Shown: piece after piece, positions 46,535 through 51,612 of the stretch
Numbering within the stretch: the stretch's first letter is position 1
Layout of the letters: every line of letters begins with the position of its first letter
Assembly (NCBI GenBank): GCA_002104905.1
Contig: MCFE01000628.1
Span: 1 to 51,612, forward strand
Source: Basidiobolus meristosporus CBS 931.73
Lineage: Eukaryota > Fungi > Basidiobolomycota
Reading direction: 5' to 3'
Length of the DNA: 51,612 nt
The notes under the pieces: model-generated
What the model was told of the DNA's origin: nothing
Database searches by the model: none
Seen by the model: the letters and a program-made list of their open reading frames with translations, nothing else
Translations under genes and position numbers: made by a program

Positions 46535-49500
46535 TGTTATGATCTGCCGCTTGAATGTTTAAGTTAGATCAGTTTTTAGTCAAATCAATTAGTATATGTT
46601 TAGGTTATCAGTATATCAGTATTATCTATGAAATCAGTAGCATTAGTCAGCAAATGATTCATCAGATCCTTATCAGACAGAAATAGATATATTAAGTAGG
46701 ATCTAATTGGGTGATGATGATGCAATCAAATGAGTCATCAGCTACAACCTACATTAGGAAATACAATTAGTCAGCAATTGATCTGGCAAAATGTATATAA
46801 GGAGCTGCTGGAACCTCAATAAAAATCAGTTTAAGTTTTAGTGAATACAATACTAGCTACACTCCCTATTCCTCTACAACTCTTATACCAGGACTTGTAA
46901 CATTGGTAGCAGCAATAACCAGAAACCTCACTCCGGAAGAAAGAAGAAAATACCTTGAAGATGTTGGACAATCAAGAATGGAAGAATGCCATGCAGCAAA
47001 TCCTGGCCCAACAGCAACAGTTACTCCAGATCCTCAGCCAACAGCAACAAGGAATGACTACCATAACTCAGAACCAGCAAAACCCTGTCAAGAGCAACTT
47101 TAGTGTGAAGGTCAACCAGTACCATGGCAGAGTCAATGAAAACCTGGGAACTGGGCTCTTTCAGATTGAAGAAGCTTTTAAAGCTAAAGGAATTGCTCCA
47201 GAAAGCAAGTTGCATTATGCTGCTTCTTACCTGGCAGATGCAGCTTTACAGTGGTAACACAACAAGATCAGGTTGGCCACTATGATGGGATGCTCAACAA
47301 TCTCTACCTGGGATGAGTTTGTGTTGGAAATTTAGGATGCTTTTGAACCTCCACACCAGCAGACACTACTAAGAAGGAAGTTAAAGACACTCAGACAGAG
47401 AGGAATGGTGCAAGAATACATCTATCAGTACAGATGTCTACTTGGACAATTTGAAAGAATGGACCCCTTGGATCAAGTTGAGTACTTTATTGAAGGGTTG
47501 AAAGAAAGAACTTGCATGGAAGTGAATTACCAAAGACCTCAGACTATTGAAGAAGCCATCAAGATTGCCATTGACTATGACTCAGCTAAGTTTGGAGTTG
47601 GGAAGCCTACAGTGACTAATCAGAAAGGCTACAATCATTATGAAAGAAGACAATCAGAAGCAGTACCAATGGAAATAGACGCTATGCAGAGGAATTCTAC
47701 CTCAGAAGAATGTAAGAAGAAAGGACTTTGCTTCAATTGCCATCAACAAGGGCATATTGCAAAGTACTGCCCTCAGAGAAGAAATGGACACCAGCCAACA
47801 AGAACCTTCAATCATATTGAGTCCCATGAACACAGTAATGTGGAAGATGAGCTTGAAGAAGACTTGGAACTCACCTTCCATATGACAGAAGAGTACTTGT
47901 CCCAAATGACCTCAAACTCAGGGAAGTTATTGTACTTGAATGGAGTAATCAATGGAGTACCTGCTAAGATCATGATTGACTCAGGAGCATTGCATGAGTA
48001 CATGTCGGAGCAATTTGCCTTGAAAGCTGGAATCAACTTGGAACCTACCAAATCAGCTTCAGTCTCCACTGCTGATGGGAACTCTCACATAATCAACCGT
48101 ATTACCCAGCCAGTAAGAATGAAGATCAATGACTATGAAGAAGACCTACAGGCTTATATATTTGGGAACTGCAAGTTTGACCTTGTACTTGGAAAAACCT
48201 GGCTATTTTGTCATAATCCATCTATCAACTGGAGAACCCATGCTACTCAGATCCAAAAAGACAACAAGACCTATGAGCTATTACCTGCCAGGCTGGATTT
48301 CAACTTGGTCAATTCCAGTATGTGTGCGACAAGTGAACTTAGCAATACCCAGTTCTGTAGAGCACTTAGAAAAGGTACCCAGATGTTCCTCATGGCTGTA
48401 TTACAGGAGGATTCCACTACCCCAGCACCCCAGCAGGTCCAGACTCTCTTGAAGAAATATTTGGACGTGTTTCCAGATGAGCTTGTAAGCCTACCACTAG
48501 TCAGAGACATGGATCATGACATTGGCACAGGAGATAGCCCTCCAGTGAGCAAGACACCTTACAGAATGAGTCCATTGGAATTGGAGGAAATGAAGAGACA
48601 AATTGATCAGCTATTGGAGCAAGGATACATCAGACCCAGCAAGTCACCCTGGGGAGCACCAGTGCTTTTTGTGAAAAAGAAGAATGGAACACTTAGGATG
48701 TGAATTGACTACAGAGCCCTGAACGCAGTTACCATCAAGAATAAGTACCCCATACCTCGGATTGATGAACTTTTGGACCAACTTAATGGAGCCACTATTT
48801 TCAGCAAGATTGACCTCATGTCAGGATACAACCTGATTAGGGTGAAGCCAGAAGACATCCCTAAGACAGCATTCAGGACCAGATATGGACATTACAAGTA
48901 CTTAGTGATGAGTTTTGGCCTCACCAATGCCCCTGTAACTTTCATGACCCTGATGCAGACTGTCTTCTAGGAGTACTTAGACAAGTTTGTCATAATCTAC
49001 CTAGATGATATACTGATATACAGCAAGACAGAAGAGGATCACTTGGTGCACATTGAAAAGGTCTTGAAGAAGCTAAGAGAGAACAAGCTTTATGGCAAGC
49101 TACCCAAGTGTGAATTCTTCAAGGAACATGTAGAATATCTGGGACACATAGTGACTAGCACAGGAGTAACCTTAGACCCCAAGAAGGTGGAAGTAATCAA
49201 GAATTTGATGCAGCCCCACAGCATATCAGAACTCAGATCATTCCTTGGAATGGTTTCCTATTATTGGAGATTTGTCAAGTCTTTTGCAAGTATTGCAGCC
49301 CCTTTAACTGATATCCTCAAGAAAGACAATGCCTACAGGTGGGACATAGCTTGTGAGACTGCCTTCCAGATGCTCCAGAATGAACTTGCTAAGCTGCCAA
49401 GCTTAACAATACCAGACTTGAGAAAAGAGTTCACTCTGTGCACAGATGCTTCAGATTATGCAATTGGTGGAGTGCTGAGCCAAGAACACAAGGGAAAGGA

Positions 49501-49968
49501 CTACCCTGTTGCCTTTGAATCCAAGAAACTGAACTCAGCAGAACAAAACTATCCAGTCCATGAGAAGGAGATGCTTGCTATAATACACTGTTTGAAGACA
49601 TGGAGATGCTATATTGAAGGAGTCAAATGCACTGTGAAGACTGATCATGCCTCCCTCAAGTATATATTTACTCAGAAGGTACTCTCTAGAAGAATGACAA
49701 AATGGAGTGTATACATTCAGCAATTTGACCTGGAGATTGTCTACTGCCCTGGAAAAAACAACACGGTTGCTGATGCCTTATCTAGATTAGATCAAGTTGC
49801 ACAACTCAACTTGGTGCATGAATCAGATTGGCCTAGCCTATTACCAAAGTACTTGGAGGACCAAGCCATTCCTAATGAGGTGGATGAAGATATCAAGAAG
49901 ATAATCCGTGATGAAGCCAGCAAATTTGTTGTACAGGATGAAACACTCTACCAAATTGTTGATGGAAG
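46535..49968 (+). mobile_element. Ty3/gypsy element E1 (5' LTR 46535-46902, putative PBS TGGTAGCAG at 46904), interrupted before integrase by F
   Basis: TGTTA...TAACA LTR followed by gag-PR-RT-RH. RT resembles Tf/Tcn (chromovirus-branch) sequences. Remainder presumably beyond the window. Confidence 0.9.
46961..49968 (+). pseudogene. pol: E1 single-frame gag-pol with four nonsense codons and no frameshift
   Basis: ORFs 46955, 47405, 48773 and 49043 share a frame. CFNCHQQGHIAKYC; MIDSGA; SPWGAPVLFV; YLDD; TDAS..AIGGVL. Stops replace Y, Q, C and probably Q or R. Confidence 0.9.
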
Positions 49969-50337
49969 TGTTGCAATTTAAGAAGTGATTTGGATATAAG
50001 GAACTTATCAAGAAATAGTGATAATAGTTGAACTGTTGTTTATTCATAAAGAAGCTCAGTATTTATACCTTTGTAGAAGTAATACAGCTGCAACACTAAG
50101 TAGGGAGGGTTTCTCAATATTCAGGAGCATTCTGTAACAGTTTCAGGGTTAGTACATAATGTTTGGTAATAGTGCTAATTTGATCCTGACTATAAGGGAA
50201 TAATCATAAGATCATATATCTGGAGAAAGTGGCGAAGTTAAGGCAGTAAATGAGTCCTACAGTGACTAAGACTAGCCTAGAATTGTTAAGTAAATTTTTA
50301 GCTGCTGAATGATACCAAATAGTCCAATATTTCAACA
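49969..50337 (-). repeat. 3' LTR of copia family F (369 bp)
   Basis: TGTTG...CAACA termini. PPT GAGGGGGAG on the minus strand at 50338-50346. Confidence 0.88.
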
Positions 50338-51612
50338 CTCCCCCTCAACTAAATAATTTCTTAATCCCAATTTCTCTCTAAGGATCTCAAACTGTGGCCT
50401 AACTAGTGGTTTTGTCAATATGTCTGCCACCATTTTGTCAGTTGGGCAGTAAACCAGCTCTACTAAGTTATTTTCTACAGCTTCCCTCACAAAGTGATGC
50501 TGTATATCAATGTGCTTAGTTCTGGCATGATTAGTAGGATTTCTAGCTAATGAAATACAACTTTGATTATCCTTGTAAATACATGTTGGTTCACCTGAAT
50601 TAAAACCTAAGTCTTTGAATAATTTTCGTAGCCATATAGCCTCCTTAGTTGCTTGACATGCAGCCATATATACGGCTTCAGTTGTAGATAGTGCCACAGT
50701 TGGTTGTTTCTTGCAATTCCAAGTAATAGCTGCACCAGCATAAAGAAATACATAGCCTATGGTAGAGCATCTGTCAATCAAATCCCTACCCCAATCTGAA
50801 TCACTATAACCATCAAATTTTTGCCTATTAGCTGCTCCAGAGTATTCCAGAACCATATATATGGTACCTTGTAGATATCTGAAAATCCGCTTAACTGCTG
50901 CAATTTGATCTGATCCATAATTCTGCATGAATTGACTGACTATTCCAACTGCTACTGCAATATCTGGACGTGTAGACACCATCAAGTACATTAGGCTACC
51001 GACCATTGATTGATAGGGAAAGTTTTGGTCCATATTTGAGCCGTTTTCATCTATAACTGGCTGAGATTTGCTTAATTTCAGGTTATTGTCCATAGGGGTT
51101 GCTGCAGGTTTGCAATTTTCCATTTTGAAGCGTCTAAGAATGTCCCTGATGTACTTAGACTGATTCAGCACAATTTTCTGCGTAGGTATGTTAAATTTGA
51201 CCTCAATTCCAAGAAAATAGCTCAATTTTCCAAGATCTTTCATCTCAAACTTGCTGAAGAGATCTGATTTCGTCTGTTTAAGTGCCTCTTGATCACTTGT
51301 AGCTATAATTAGGTCGTCCACATAAAGAACTAGGATGATCACACCCTTTTTGAGCTGTTTCACATATATACTGTGATCTGCAGTGCTACAAGAGAACCCA
51401 ATTTCCTCTAGATATGTGTCAATCTTGTTATACCATGCTCTGGGTGCCTGCTTAAGCCCATACAACAATTTTCTAAGTTTGCACACCTTATGGGGGCTTT
51501 TTGGATCGGTAAAACCTTCTGGTTGCTCCATATATATAGTTTCTTGCAAATCCCCATTTAGAAAGGCTGTTTTGACGTCCATTTGGTGTAGATCTAGACT
51601 GTGTACAGCTGC
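50332..51612 (-). CDS. pol: Copia family F RT-RNase H, open through the window edge (partial pol)
   Basis: [12 protein letters not shown]; LYGLKQAPRAW; LYVDD (Tyr = TAT); YSDSDW; ADILTK. No stop over more than 416 codons. Confidence 0.95.
   Translation of the reverse strand, partial: AAVHSLDLHQMDVKTAFLNGDLQETIYMEQPEGFTDPKSPHKVCKLRKLLYGLKQAPRAWYNKIDTYLEEIGFSCSTADHSIYVKQLKKGVIILVLYVDDLIIATSDQEALKQTKSDLFSKFEMKDLGKLSYFLGIEVKFNIPTQKIVLNQSKYIRDILRRFKMENCKPAATPMDNNLKLSKSQPVIDENGSNMDQNFPYQSMVGSLMYLMVSTRPDIAVAVGIVSQFMQNYGSDQIAAVKRIFRYLQGTIYMVLEYSGAANRQKFDGYSDSDWGRDLIDRCSTIGYVFLYAGAAITWNCKKQPTVALSTTEAVYMAACQATKEAIWLRKLFKDLGFNSGEPTCIYKDNQSCISLARNPTNHARTKHIDIQHHFVREAVENNLVELVYCPTDKMVADILTKPLVRPQFEILREKLGLRNYLVEGEC

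Noticed and set aside
1-51612. Classical CpA-to-TpA RIP as the main decay process
   Set aside because: The diagnostic paired changes I could trace are at CpG. Some CAG-to-TAG and TG-to-TA changes exist, so a minor contribution is not excluded without a count.
1-51612. CRISPR arrays, tRNA or rRNA genes, host protein-coding genes
   Set aside because: No repeat-spacer periodicity, cloverleaf or rRNA motif seen. All long ORFs are explained by transposons.

Overview
Eukaryotic, probably fungal-type, transposon-only window with no recognisable host gene. It is a deep nest of LTR retrotransposons. Family labels are mine. Copia family A has 350-bp LTRs and a half-tRNA(iMet) primer site, with at least 7 insertions, all on +. 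Ty3/gypsy family B has about 390-bp LTRs, gag, pol and an unexplained third ORF in frame with pol. Also present: a second Ty3 family (E), a second copia family (F, running off the right edge), remnants of a CACTA/EnSpm-type transposase, and a long palindromic fold-back repeat family (D). Most junctions resolve with 5-bp target-site duplications (TSDs). Main observations: (1) family A inserted twice at the same nucleotide position of its own LTR; (2) all three A copies retaining RT have TAG at the Tyr of YVDD; (3) family B carries an about 390-aa non-Env ORF3 directly behind, and in frame with, integrase; (4) one B copy has PBS and gag replaced by a copy of DNA 7 kb away; (5) strong CpG-directed decay. 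All identities and counts are by eye and approximate.
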